Assembly (NCBI RefSeq): GCF_009914755.1
Contig: NC_060947.1
Length of the DNA: 64,000 bases
From: the human T2T-CHM13v2.0 reference genome, Homo sapiens
Strand: one strand, 5' to 3'
The translations under genes were made by a program, and so were the position numbers. The notes beneath the pieces were generated by a model that saw only the letters and a program-made list of their open reading frames with translations, ran no database searches and was not told where the DNA came from. This document shows positions 26,395-41,469 of this stretch, piece after piece (the stretch's first letter is position 1; each line of letters begins with the position of its first letter).

Positions 26395-29280
26395 TTTCTA
26401 CTTTTTTGATATAGGCATATATTGCTATAAGTTTTCTTGTCAGAACCGCAGTTACCGTATACAATAGTGTTGTGTTTTTTTTCATTCGTTTAAATAAATT
26501 TTTAAATTGTCTTCTTAATTTCTTTAGTTATCCACTGTTCACTCAGAAACAATGAAAAAAAATTCCATGTGATTGTATAGTTTTCAAAATTCCTCTTGTC
26601 ATTTATTTCTAGTTTCATTCCATTGTGGTTGGAGAAGATGCATGGTATAATTTTACTTTTTTGAATGTTTTAAGACTTGTTTTGTGGGTTAATAGATGAT
26701 CTGTCCTTGAGAATGATTCATGTGTTGAGGACAAAAATGTGTATTCTGCAGCTGTTGTATAAAATTTTTTGTAAATATCTATTAGGTCCATTTGATTCGC
26801 ATTGCAGATTAAGTTACATGTTTCTCTGTTTATTTTCTGTCTGGATAATCTGTCCAGTGCTAAAAGTGGAGTTTTGAACTCTTCAGCTTTTATTATTTTG
26901 TAGTTTGTCTCTCTCTTTAGCTCTAATAATATTGGTTTTATACATCTGGTTGCTTATACATCTGGTTGTTTATACATCTGGTTGCATATATTTGCAATTG
27001 TTTTATTCTCTTGCTGTATTGCTACCTTTTTCATTATTTAATGACCTTCTTTGTCTCGTCTTATAATTTTTGTCTTGAAATCTATTTTGTTTGATATAAG
27101 TATAGCTACTCTTGCATTTTTGGTTTCTGTTTGCATGGAATATCTTTTCCTATCCCTTTATTTTCATGCTGTGTAGGTTGTTGGGGCTTGTTTTATTTAA
27201 TTCATTCAGTCATTCTTTGACTTTTTTTTGGAGCGTTTATTCCATTTACATTCAATGTTATAAGTAAGGACTCACGTCTGCATTTTCTTATTTGTTTTCT
27301 GGTTCTCTTTTGGTCTTCTCTTTCTTCTTTTCTTCCTGTTTTCCTTTGAGGAAGATGATTTTCTCTGCTGGTATGTTTGAGCTTCTTGCTTTTTATTTTT
27401 TGTCTATCCGTTGTAGATTTCTTTATTGGAGGCTACCATAAGACTTGCAAATAACATCTTACAACCCATTATTTTAAACTGATGACAAGTTAACACTGAT
27501 TGTGAAAACAAAGAACCTAACAAACAAGCAAGAAGAAAACTAATAAGTGTGTGCTTTACCTTTGTCTCCTTGATTTTTCACTTTTTGTTCTTTCTTTCTA
27601 TACCCTATTGTACTGTATATATCTTCAACAGTTGTTGTTATTATTATTTTTGATTGGTTCATTTATTCACCTTTCTACTTGAGATATGAGTACTTTACAT
27701 ACCACAATTACAGTGTTATAATATTATGTGTTTTTCTGTGTACTTATTGTTATCATCAGTGAGTTTTGTCCCTTCAGATGATTTTTTATTGCTCATTAAT
27801 TTCCTTTTCTTTCCAAATGAAGAATTCCCTGTAGCATTTGTTGTATGATAAGTCCAATGTTGATAAAATCACTCAGCTTCTGTTTGTCTGGGAAAGTCTT
27901 TATCTCTCCTTCACATTTAAAAGATGTTTTCCCCAGGTATACTATTCTATGGTAAAAGTATTTTTCCTTCAGCACTTTAAATATGCCATGTCACCCTCTT
28001 CTGGCCTGTAAGGTTTCTATTAATATGTCTTCTGCCGCATGTACTGGAGCCTTTTTTTGTTATTTGTTTATTTTCTCTTGCTGCTTTTTGGATACATTCT
28101 TTATCATTGACTTTTGGGAGTTTGATTATTAAGTGCCTTGAGGTGGTCTTCTTTGAGTTAAATCTGCTTGGTGTTCTACAATACTCTTGTACTTGAATAT
28201 TGATGTCTTTCTCTATGTGTGGGATGTTATCTGTTGTTATTCCTTTAAATAAACTTTCTAGCCCAATCTTTGTCTCTACCTCTCCTTTAAGGCTAATAAC
28301 TCTTAGATTTACCCCTGTGAGACTATTTTCTAGATATTGTAGGTGTACTTTATTCTTTTTTATTTTTTTCTTTTGTCTCCTCTGACTGTATTTTCAAATA
28401 GTCTCTCTTCAAGCTCACTAATTCTTTCTGCTGCTTGATCAATTCTTCTGTTGAGAGACTGGTGCATTTTTAAGTATGTCAGTTGCATGTTTCAGCTGCA
28501 GAATTTTTGCTTGATTTTTAAAAAAAGTATTTCAATTTCTTTTAAAAATTTATTTGATAGAATTCTGAATTCCTTTTATGTATTATTTTTAATTGAGTTT
28601 TCTCTGACACAGCTATTTGGAATTCTCTGTCTGAAAGATCACATATGTGTCTTTCTCAGGTTTGATCCCTGGTGCCTTATTTAGCTTGCTTTGTGAGGGA
28701 GGTCATGTTTTTCTTGATGACCTTGAAGTTTGTGGATGTTCATTACTGTCTGGGTATTAAAGAGATAAACATTTATTATAGTCTTTGCAGTCTAGGCTTA
28801 CTTGTAGCCATTCTTCCTGAGAAGGCTTTCCAGATTTGAAAGTAATTGGGTGTTGTGATCTAAGCTGTATCTGCATTAGGGGGCGCCCTAAGCCCAGTAA
28901 TGTTGTGGTCCCTGGAGACCCTTAGAGTACCTTCATGGTGGTCTTGGAAAAGATCTGGAAGAATTATCTGGATTATTGGGCAGAGATTCTTGTTTTTTCC
29001 CTTACTTTTCCTTTAACAAATGGAGACTCTCTCTGTGCTGAGATCCCTGGAGCTTGGGGAACGGTAATACAAGCACCTCATTGGCCACCACCACTGAGAT
29101 ACTACCAGATGAGCCCTGAAGCCAGTGTAAGACTGGTTCTTACTCAAGGCCTGCAGCAACCACTTCCTGGCTACCACAGATCTTTACTCGAGGCCCAAGT
29201 GCTCTTCAGTCAACAAGTGTTTAATCCAGCCAGGCTTGTGTTTCTTACTTCAGAGCACTGAGTTCTCCCCTGGCCCAGTG
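26395..29280 (-). mobile_element. L1MA EN, ORF1 and partial 5' UTR, continuing 19188-19244 and probably 17776-18884
   Basis: Resumes at tctacttttttgatataggc, in register with ...gacatttgtctactttt before the nested L1. Confidence 0.87.
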
Positions 29281-29309
29281 GAGAGGGGACAAGTTGTAGT
29301 GACATAGGG

Positions 29310-31092
<1,783 letters not shown>

Positions 31093-31120
<28 letters not shown>

Positions 31121-31283
31121 AACAAAATTATGTGGCATAGTATAATGTTACATGAACTATATGGATTTACATTTTGAATTTTGTGTGTGAATCTTACTCA
31201 AAAATATAAATCCATATAGTTCATGTAACATTATACTATGCCACATAATTTTGTCTTTAAACTTGTTTTGAAATAAATTTATG
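31093..31283. repeat. Long inverted repeat: 77-bp arms, 2 mismatches, 37-nt spacer
   Basis: 31093-31169 is the reverse complement of 31207-31283. Confidence 0.95.
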
Positions 31284-31778
31284 CACAAAATTCACCATTT
31301 TAAGCATGTTTATGTTGTACAATTCAGTGGATTTTAGTAATTTATAGTGTTGTATCATCATCACAACTAATTCTAGAATAATTTCCTTGCTCTACAAAGA
31401 AACTCTGTACCATTAAGCAATCAGTCTCTGTTCCTTGCTCCTCCCAGGCCTTAAAAATTATTAACCTGCTCCTTGGATTTACTTGTTCTCTTTATTTCAT
31501 ATAAATGGAATCATATGATATGTGGCCCTTTGTGTCTGATGTCTTTCCCTCAGCTTTTAGGTACATACAAAAATAATTGAAAATAGATGTTTGAATAAAA
31601 ATTTGTGCACTAATGTTTGTTAGCAACCTTATTTGTAATATCCAAAAAGTGGAAACAACCCAGATGTACAAGTGATAAATGGATAAACAAAGTACGGAAT
31701 AGCCATGCAATAGAACATTATCAAGCCATAACAATAAATAAAGAACATGCCACAGTGTGGATAAAACATAGAAACAGT
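31284..31778 (-). mobile_element. L1MB-like 3' end (minus, to ~31555) with adjacent inverted plus segment (~31556-31778)
   Basis: aaaattcaccattttaag...atttcatataaatggaatcat..atatgtggcc, then plus-strand ccaaaaagtggaaacaaccc. Confidence 0.75.
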
Positions 31779-32446
31779 ATAAGTTGACTTGTGTTTTTAA
31801 AATTATCACACACACACATGCTCCAAGGCTTTATGTAGTAAGAAGACTTATGTGAAACTAGTGGAATTGTAGCTCTGAATGGGATCTTAAATATAATTTA
31901 ATCCTGTAGTTTACTTGATTTTTGTGGGTGGGACAACTGAAATAAAAATAAAACTACATAAAATGTGTGTGTGTGTATCCTGAAGGGGCACTAATCTAAT
32001 AGCATGAATACGAAGTATACATTTGTGCAAAAGAGTTAATTTTTGTATGTATAGAAAATACATCTAAAACATAATTGCTAAAAGTTTAAAATATAAGACA
32101 TTCATTTAATTCTACTCAAGGGACTTATCCCATATAAGATTAACACAAGTGCAAAAATACACAATGCTATATTGAAAAAATACAAGAATATTTACTTAAT
32201 TTTAAAATTTATTTTTAGTCAAGAGAAACCAATAAAAAGCATTCAAATAGGAGAAGAAGTTAATTTATCTCTCTTCACTGATGACCTAGAAAACCCTAAA
32301 CACTATGACAAAAGGCTCCTAGAATTGAAAAACAACTTTAGTAAAATTTCAGGATACAAAATCGATGTACAAAATTTAGTACTATTTCCATATACCAATA
32401 ACATTCAGGCTCAGAGCCAAATCAAGAAAGAGATTCCATTTACAAT

Positions 32447-32451
<5 letters not shown>

Positions 32452-32490
<39 letters not shown>
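32452..32490. repeat. (CA)n microsatellite inside L1 ORF2
   Basis: Direct reading. Confidence 0.95.
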
Positions 32491-32492
<2 letters not shown>

Positions 32493-32589
32493 TCCCCTAG
32501 GAACACACCTAGCAAAGGAGGTGAAAGATCTCTACAAGTAGAACTACAAAACACTGCTAAGATAAATTATAGATGGCACAAACAAAGGA

Positions 32590-33268
32590 AACAGTAGATG
32601 TTGGTGTGGATGTGGCAATCAGGGAACACTTCTACACTGCTGGTGGGAGTGTAAACTAGTACAACCGCTATGGAAAACAGTGTGGAGATTCCTTAAAGAA
32701 CAATAAGTTGAACTACCATTTGATCCAGCAATCCCACTACAGGGTATCTATCCAGAGGAAAAGAAGTCATTATTCGAAAAAGATACTTGCACATGCATGT
32801 TTATAGCAGCACAATTCACAATAGCACAATCGTGGAACCAACCCAAATGCCCATCAATCAATGAGTAGATAAAGAAATTCTGGTATATGTATAAAATGGA
32901 ATACTACTCAGCCATGAAAAGGAATGAACAGCATTTGCAATGACCTAGATGGGATTAGAGAGTATTATTCCAAATGTAGTAACTCAGGAATGGAAAACCA
33001 AACATCATATGTTCTCACTGATATGTGGGAGCTAAGCTATGAGGATGCAAAGTCATAAGAATAATGCAATGGACTTTGGGACTTGGAGGGAAGAGTGGGA
33101 GGGGGGTGAGGGATAAAAGACAACAAATATGGTGCAGTGTATACTGCTTGAGTGATGGGTGCACCAAATTCTCACAAATCTGCATTAAAGAATTTATTCA
33201 CGTAACCAAATACCACCTGTACCCCAATAACTTATGGAAAAATAAAATTAAAAAATAAAATAAATGAA
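32590..33268 (+). mobile_element. Nested L1PB 3' end
   Basis: L1PB 3' UTR (gatgggtgcaccaaa.tctcacaaatc...ccacctgtaccccaataacttatggaaa). The host resumes at 33283. acaaacaaa occurs on both sides. Confidence 0.88.
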
Positions 33269-34944
33269 AAACAAACAAAAAACCATTCAGTATTCATGGA
33301 TTGGAAGAATCAATGTCAAAATGGCCATTCTGCCCAAAGCAATCCACAGATTCAATGCTATTTCTATCAAACTACAAATATCGTTTTTCACAGAATTGGA
33401 AAAAACTAGTCTAAAATTCATATGGAAGCAGAAAAGAGACTGGATAGCCAAAGCAACCTCATGCAAAATAAACAAGGCTGGAGGAATCACAGTCGCTGAC
33501 TCAAACTATACTATAAGGGTAAAGTAATCAAAACAGCATGGTACTGGTACAAAAATGGACACATAGACCAAGGGAATAGAATAGAGAAAGAATAAGTAAA
33601 GCCACACACCTATATCCGTCTGATATTTGACAAAGTTGACAAAAATAAGCTATGGAGAGAGAACTCCCTATTAAATAAGTGGTTCTGGGTAGCTGGCTAG
33701 CCGCATGTGAAAGAAAGAAACTGGACACTTACCTCTCACCGTATAAAAAAATTAACTCAGGATGGATTAAAGACTTAAATGTGAGACTCAAACTATAAAA
33801 ATACTTGGAAGAAAATGTAGGGAATACTATTCTCGACATCACCCTTGACAAATAATTTATTACTAAGTTCTCAAAAGCAATTGCAATAAAAGCAAAAATT
33901 GACAAATGGGATCTAACTAAACTAAGCTTCTGCACTGCAACTAACTAAACTAAGCTTTTGCACTGTAAATAAAAATATCAACAGCATGAGCAAACATCCT
34001 ACAGAATGGGAGAAAATATTGGCAAACTATGCATCTCACAAAGGTTTAATACGCAGAATCTATAAGGAACTTAATTCAACAAGCAAAAAGCAAATAATCC
34101 CATTAAAAACTTGGTAAAGTACATGAATAGACATTTTTCAAAAGAAGACGTACAAGCTATCAACAAACTTATAAAAAATGCTCCACATCACTAATCATTA
34201 GAGAAATGCAAATCAAAACCAACCGCAAGGAGACATCATCTCACATCAGTTGGAGTGGCTATAATTGAAAAGTCAAAAAACAACAGATTCTGATAAGGCT
34301 GAGGATGAAAGGGAACAGTTAGACACTGTTGGTGGGAACATAAATTAGTTCAACTCTTGTGGAAGACAGTTTGGAGATTTCTCAAAGAACTTGGAACTAC
34401 CATTTGACTCAGCATTCCCATTACTGGGTATATATCCAAATAACAATGAATCATACTACTAAATAGACATATGCACTCATATGTTCATTGCAGCACTACT
34501 GACAATAATAAAGACATGGAATCAAATTAGATGCCCATAAATGGTGAATTGGAGAAAGAAAATGTGGTACATATACAGTATGAAATATTACACAGCCATA
34601 AAAAATGAAATCATGTTCTTTGCAGCAGCATGGATGCAACTGGAGGCCATTATCCTAAGTGAATTAATGCAGGATCAGTAAACCAAATACCACATGTTCT
34701 CACTTGTAAGTGAGAGCTAAACATTGGGAATACATGGACATAGCAATGGCAACAATAGACACTGGGGACTATTAGAAGGGGGAGGGGGATAAGGGTTGAA
34801 AATCTATTGGGTACCATGCTCACTACCAGGGTTACAGGATCAATCATACTCAAACCTCAGCATCATGTAATTTACACATGTAACAAACCTGCACATGTAC
34901 CCCTTGAATATAAAATAATTTTTGAAAGTATTAAAAAACAGAGC

Positions 34945-35840
34945 TGCGAAGAACATTGGATTAGGCAGCCACTCTCAAGGAACAGAACTGTCTTAATTAA
35001 GGAAACTTTCTAGTCCTAGACATTGTTCTTAGAGAAGGGAGTCCTAGTAATAAGTCTTTTGTGACATTTGGAATTGCTGTGGGCTAGTGACTGCTATATG
35101 CTTTCCACTTCTACCTTCTTCTTTATTTTTTTGCAGTAGACATGTCTATTATTATTCTGTCATTGTCTCACCATTTTATGTTGAGTATGGGTAAAGTATA
35201 CAACCTGTCTTCATAGGTCTATGGATCAAGGGGAGCTGTATCCAAGGAGTCACATCCACATCCCACCCTGATGTACATCATAAGATCAGGGAGTTAGTGC
35301 CTGATACTGTGATGGGATGAGACTTTGGGAGTCTTTGGAGGAAACAGAATGTGCTTTTCATGTGGGAGAGGTGTGAATCATTGGGGCTAAAACAGGCTAT
35401 AGTAGATTTTTACAATAATTCCTCCCAATTAATCATACCTCTTTTTGTACATGCACCTTTGTAATGTGACTTTATGTACTTACTATTAAAAAAAGGCTAT
35501 CTATTTCCCCAAATTTTGAATTTAGACTGGCTTTGTGACCTGCTTAGACCAATAGGACATGGCAAATAAGATAAGGCCTTGCGGTTACATTTATTATCCT
35601 GGAGCTCTGAACCAACCTAACTGTGAAAAATACTGGAATAAAGACGACATAGAGAGAAAGGTCCAGCTGAGCCCAGACACTAACCAACTCATAAATTGAG
35701 TGCAGCTACATGATGGAGCCCAGGAGATAACAGAGAACTACCCAGTCAACCCCACAAAACAGTGAGAAATAATAAATCATTATTGCTTTAAGTCACTAAG
35801 TTTTGGAGACATGCTGCATAGCAATAGATAACTTTACAAT
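34945..35840 (+). mobile_element. MLT1-type internal fragment (to ~35398) plus MLT1 LTR
   Basis: gggatgagactttggg (MaLR-int end). LTR ends aataaatcattattgctttaagtcactaagttttgg...gcaatagataac. Confidence 0.75.
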
Positions 35841-35929
35841 ATTATCCTAGGCTCTACTAAAGAATATAAACAAAAAGTAAGGATGATTTTTTTTAAAAGT
35901 AACATACCTGTGCATCCCTGACTTTCTTT

Positions 35930-36146
35930 TCCTTCTGCTGATTAGGAGATGACAAGACCTGGAACAGACCCAGAGATAAAAGTAATGTTTTCAGGATGGA
36001 AAAACCAACCTGTCAACTATGAACTACTCACCTATGGACCAGTATATGAGGAAGAATAAACTTTGATGTTGTTGAAAACTTGTTAGGCTTTTGTGTTTGT
36101 GTGTTTCTCTGTTATAGTAGCCAGGTCTGTATCCTAACTAAAACAG
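35930..36146 (+). mobile_element. Older MLT1 LTR fragment
   Basis: gaataaacttt...tgttatagtagcc...atcctaactaaaaca. Confidence 0.55.
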
Positions 36147-36369
36147 ATGGCAAGTCAAATTCCTAAATTTCATTAAAGGTGGTAAACTCATTAACTGCCA
36201 CCTACACTCAATTATCTAAAGCATTTGAGTCTTTTTTGATAAACTGCAAAGAACACTGGTACATCAAGACAAATAAATTACTTGTAAGTTTAAAAAAAGC
36301 TAAGAAATAAATAATTGCATGAAATGGGGTCTAAACTGAAAAAACTGGTTTTGTATACACATTTATATA

Positions 36370-36570
36370 TTTATCATTTAAAAATATAAAAGAGATTACA
36401 TGTATATTAATATATGTACAGAAAATGTCCAAAAAGCTACACAAAGAGCTGTTAACACTGATTACTTCTGAGGAGTTGAAAAGAGGTAGGAGTAAAGAGG
36501 GTGATTTTAATTTTACATCCCTCTGTACTACGCTGTTTTTTCTTTTGTTATGAGAGTTATTTTTACTTCT
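36370..36570 (+). mobile_element. L1ME-like 3' end
   Basis: ctgttaacactgattacttctgaggag...ctctgtactacgctgtttttt. Confidence 0.5.
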
Positions 36571-37517
36571 TCCCACTTTCATGGGTATTATACAACTCAC
36601 TTTGGTTCACAAAGCAAGGTCAGCCACTCTGAGTTTGTGTGACTCCCTTAAGTTTATAGATTAAGAAATGGGTCAGAAAAGTGAATTAGCTTATTTAGGC
36701 ACAGCCTGTAGCAGAAGCAGTTTGGGGAAATAAATCCTCTATACTCATACAGTACTTTTTTTATTACTCCACACCTGTTCAGTTCCATTGTTCATTCCTG
36801 TGAAATATAATCACAAAACTATTAGCTATCCCAAATGTTCCAAGGATGTTTCTGGAGTATACGACTCAGAAGAGCAATAGAAAGATCATCACAGTACAAT
36901 ATTTGTCTGTTGCAGTAATCCTAGAAAAGGCAATGAAATTTCCAAGAATGCAAACAGATGCAAATGCATAAGCAGTTGGAACTAAAACATAAGCATGTGT
37001 TCAGAGTCCATGAATAGCCTCTTTTTTCCTCACTAGACGTAGTTTAATGATGTGATCTTTTCAGCACTCAGAAGAGCAATGGCTGTTATTCCAGATTAAT
37101 CCTTAGGTAAGAACTCTTATTGAGGCCAGTTAGGATTTTGTCTAGTGTCTTATGTACGGATTTCTGTTTTATCGAGTGGTTGTGGGGTCACCAAAGGGGC
37201 TGCAATAAAAGCCTAACAGACCTAGTACCTACCTGAATGGGTTGGCTACTTGGGATTTGTGTTGTGCAAATGTTCAATCTCTACAATATTAATAGTTTTC
37301 ATAGGATCTTAACGTTTCAGAGCCATAGATATTAGAACTTACCAAATCCAAAAACCCTTTTTATACACCCTTTAAGGTCCAAAAAGGAGGGTTTTTGAAA
37401 AACCATAGGTTTACTTGTTTTTGTTTGTTTTATATTTCAGACGACATGTATTGTTTTTTCCAGATTTGGGATAGCAACTAAAAGGGAGGTTCACCCAGGT
37501 TTTCACTGATTCATCTT

Positions 37518-37682
37518 CTCAAAAGTTTTCAAAGCATGGTTCTCTGGACCATTAGCATCAGCATCACCTGGGGCTTATTAGAAATGCAAATTCTCAATCA
37601 GAAAAAAGGTAGTCAGGGCCTAAAATCTGTGTTTTAACAAGACTTTCAGGTGATTTTGATGCATAATAAAATTTAGGAATTT
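37518..37682. mobile_element. MER5A (hAT-Charlie) DNA transposon relic
   Basis: agcatcagcatcacctggg...ttagaaatgcaaattctc...ctgtgttttaacaag...caggtgatt.tgatgca. Confidence 0.8.
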
Positions 37683-38051
37683 GTATTATCATTTATAAAT
37701 GGTATTTTATTATATAACTGCTCTGGGCCAAACTTTAAACATTCTTCAATGTATATTATCTCTTTTAATCCTTTTAGTGAGGGGTATTATTATTCCACTT
37801 ATTTAAGTTTGGCAGTTACTTAAGGCCAAACAGCCCATCTCTAAACTATGATGTAGGTAATCCCCAATTTCTTTTGTAGTCTTCCTCCATCTGGCCCACC
37901 CACTTCCTTTCACTGCTGCCCAAACACTACCTCCAGGTTCTTAATACCTGTATTTGCATGTGATGGAGAGTCAGTCACCTGGATTCTATTTTCATCTCAC
38001 TGTGTGGCTTTGGGTAGTTCTTTTTCCTTTTCTGGTCTTCAGAATATTTAC

Positions 38052-38950
38052 ATGCTAATCATTAGAGAAATGCAAATCAAGACCACAGTGAGATATCATC
38101 TCTCTCCAGTTAGAATAGCTATTATCAAAATGAGGAAAAATAACAAATGCTGACAGGGATGCAGAGAAAAGGGAAATGCTCCTACACTGTTGGTGAGAAA
38201 GTAAAGTAGTACAGCCATTATAGAAAACAGCACGGAGCTTCTTCAAAAACTAAAAATAGAACTACCATATGATCCAACAATCCTGCTGCTGCATGTATAT
38301 CCAAAGGAAAGGAAATTGTTCTGTCAAAGAGATTTCTGCTCTCCCATATTTATTTTAACACTATTCACAATAGTCAAGTTATTAATCAACCTAAATGCCC
38401 ATCAATGGATGAAAGAATAAAGAAAATGTGGTATAAATACACAATGACATACTATTCAGCTATTAAAAGAATAAAATCCTGTTTTTTGAAGCAATATGGA
38501 TGGAACTGGAGGTTATTATGTTAAGTAAAATAAGCCAGGGACAGAAAGACAAATTCTGCCTGTTTTCACTCATATGTGAGAGCTAAAAAAGTGGATCCCA
38601 TGAAGGTAGAGAGCAGAATGGTGATTACCAGATGCTAGCAAGGGAAGGTAGGAGGGAGAGATGAAGAGAAGTTGGTTAACGGGTACAACAATAGTTAGAT
38701 AGGAAAAATAAGTTTTAGTATTTGACAATAGAGTAGGGAAATTATAGTTAGCAATAATTTATTTTATGTTTCAAAATAGCTAGAAGAGAAGAATTGTGAT
38801 GTTTCCAACACAAAGAAAATATAAATATTTGAGGTGGTGGATATCCCAGTTAGCCTGGTTTGATCATTACAGATTGTGTATGGTTATCAAAATATCTACG
38901 TGTACCCCACAAATATGTACAACAATGATATATCAATATGTTTTTAAAAA
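38052..38950 (+). mobile_element. L1MA 3' end
   Basis: ctaatcattagagaaatgcaaatcaa...ttcaaaatagctagaagag...gtaccccacaaatatgtac. Confidence 0.88.
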
Positions 38951-39434
38951 ATTGGAAGGATTGGGCTCATCTTTGATATTTCTATCAGCATATTCCCATA
39001 TCTACTCTTGAAAAGGCCTTAAAAATCTTCATTTTCCTTTAAAGTATATTGAAGTTACTCCCTTCTTTGCCCAGGGCATCAGGGTTCTAATCCTGATCTC
39101 TTATATTAAACGTTCACCATGGAGAAAATTACTGAAGGCCTTAACCAGCAGCCAGGGAAAGTATTTTTATTGGGTTAAGGCCTATCATGGGGCCCTCTCC
39201 TACATTAGACATGAAGATGAGTTTAACAGAAGAAACATTGTGGCTTATAGGCAGGTTGACTTCTTGGACAGATTCTTAGCGGAAAAAGCCTATGACATCT
39301 GTTCATTCCCTAACCAACCACCAGTCTGTCAGGGGCTCTATGGGGAGCAGTATTTACCTACTTTTCTCAGGGCTAGTTAATTGATACCTCAGTGTAATTT
39401 TTAAGTCATTGTGATGTCATTAAGACCATGTACT

Positions 39435-39672
39435 ATATGTAGTAGAAAAACAACAACGTTGAAATATGGCAGTCTTTGTTTGAATTCCCAACACTGTTAT
39501 TTACTGGCTATGTAGTCCTGAGAATGGCAACTAAACTCCCTGGGCCTCAGTGTCCTCATTTTTAAAATAGATTTAATAACACAGGCTTTGACTACATTCC
39601 AGAAAAGGCATGAGACAATGTATTTGAAAATGTCTGGAACATGGTAAGAGATCAATAAATATTTGTTGTTGA
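39435..39672 (+). mobile_element. MIR
   Basis: Core ctgggcctcagtgtcctcatttttaaaat and end catggtaag...caataaat. Confidence 0.7.
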
Positions 39673-40124
39673 AGTCCACCTGGAGTGTGGCCAGCAGTTA
39701 TTCAAGTTAACTGCTATTGATTTTAGTGTTGAAAACAACACTTGGTATAAAGAACTGCAAACTTACTATTCTACTATTAGGGTAATTCCTTTAGATCTCC
39801 TGGAATTCTCTGGGAAAATGTAGTTAGCTCTGGTAGAGAAAGCACATGGAATCCCAATCAGGCAAAATCCACTGGAGGTGGTTTAATACATTATATCAGA
39901 AACACAACTTTCTGAGGATGGCGCACAGGGAAGCTGCCTGCTTAAAAGGTGTAGATAGAGGAGGTTACCGTGGCCCAACATTGTTGCCCTAATCACAGTG
40001 GTAGTCTACCAATAGAAGACTTCATTCTAGTCCCTTTAGATTAGAGATAAGTTAGAGTTAAGTCTAAATACAGACAGGAACATCACAAATACATTTTAAG
40101 AGAAGTGAAATCATACAAAGGATG

Positions 40125-40390
40125 TACTCTGAATTAAACTGGAAAAAAATAGCAGGTGCATATCCGGAAAATCCAAAAAACATTTGGGAATTAAACAAGA
40201 CCCCTGACCACTTTTGACCACTGAGTCAAAAAAGACATGATAAGAAATATTAAAATATTTTGAAATAAATGAAAATGAAAATACAATATATAAAAATTGT
40301 TAGATGTGGCTGAAGCAGTGTTTAAAGGGGAATTTATAGCATCAAAATACATATACTAAGAAAGGAATAAAGGTCTCAAATCAATGATGT
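40125..40390 (+). mobile_element. L1M ORF2 fragment
   Basis: aaatattttgaaataaatgaaaatgaaaatacaa...aagcagtg.ttaaaggggaatttatagc. Confidence 0.75.
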
Positions 40391-40676
40391 ACTCAAAGTT
40401 GTACTTTATTCTAATGCAAACCTATTGGAGATGAATTGGTACAAAATAAAATTATTTTTCAAACTGAATGTAATGTATCAGCGATTTATTTTTTACCTTT
40501 ATAAAAAGAAGTCTTTATACGCTATTTTGTTCAGCCAAGCAAGCAATGGTAATAGAGCAATTTTTAAAATTATATTGATAATTTCTTTTAAAAAATTGGT
40601 TATAACCACTTCTAAATATTCCAAATAAGTCACTGTTTGCTCCAAGTGATTAATGGCACCATTAAAAAACAAGACA

Positions 40677-40922
40677 TCACAAGATCAGGAGTTCGAGACC
40701 AGCCTGACCAAACATGGTGAAACCCTGTCTCTACTAAAAGTACAAAAATTAGCTGGACATGGTGGCACGCACCTGTAATCCCAGCTACTCAGGAGGCTGA
40801 GAGGCAGGAGAATTGCTTGAACCCAGAGGCAGAGGTTGCAGTGAGCCGAGATCATGCCATTGCACTCTAGCCTTGGCGACAGAATGAGACTCCGTCTCAA
40901 AAAAAAAAAAAAAAAGAAAGAA
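40677..40922 (+). mobile_element. 5'-truncated AluS
   Basis: Alu body from tcaggagttcgagaccagcc, A-tail, TSD aaaaacaagacat / aaaaagaagacat. Confidence 0.92.
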
Positions 40923-41469
40923 AAAGAAGACATGTTTGAAATATATACATTTTTCTAATCTGAACAAGCTAGATTAAACAGATGTAAGGCAGTTGTGCAA
41001 AGCAAAATTTGACCAGTTTCAGAATGAGAACGTGATAGAAAAGAGCACCACAAATTCCATTTAAGCACATGTGTCTACTACCTTTTTAAAAAAAGCCTTA
41101 GTTGTACAGTCGGCTTTCAATTATTTTTGTTGAGAGAGGATATCCAAGAATTATCAAAATATATTTAGTTTTGAAATCAAAGCAGAGACATCCCACTTGC
41201 TGTCCCCAGACAACACATGGTCAGGCACAGAAGGATATACATGTATGCATATGCGTAATATTGTTCCATTTCCCTGCCAACATGCCCAAGAACTCAGGCT
41301 GATTGTTGGAGGCTGTTGATAGTTCAAATGCTAACTGACTTTTCTGACAAGTCTGGTTGAATATTGACAATTCTGCTATGCTGTAACTTGTGACTCTGAA
41401 CATCTGTGGTTCTGTTTTTCTTCAGGACTGTGTTTGTTACTTACTACCCCTTGTTGCCAATGTATCTCA

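Larger units (their letters stand above)
32218..34938 (+). mobile_element. 5'-truncated old L1PA/L1PB, RT to 3' end
   Basis: ORFs 32172 ([12 protein letters not shown]...FSKISGYKI) and 33264 ([17 protein letters not shown]). The 3' UTR ends near 34935. Confidence 0.9.
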
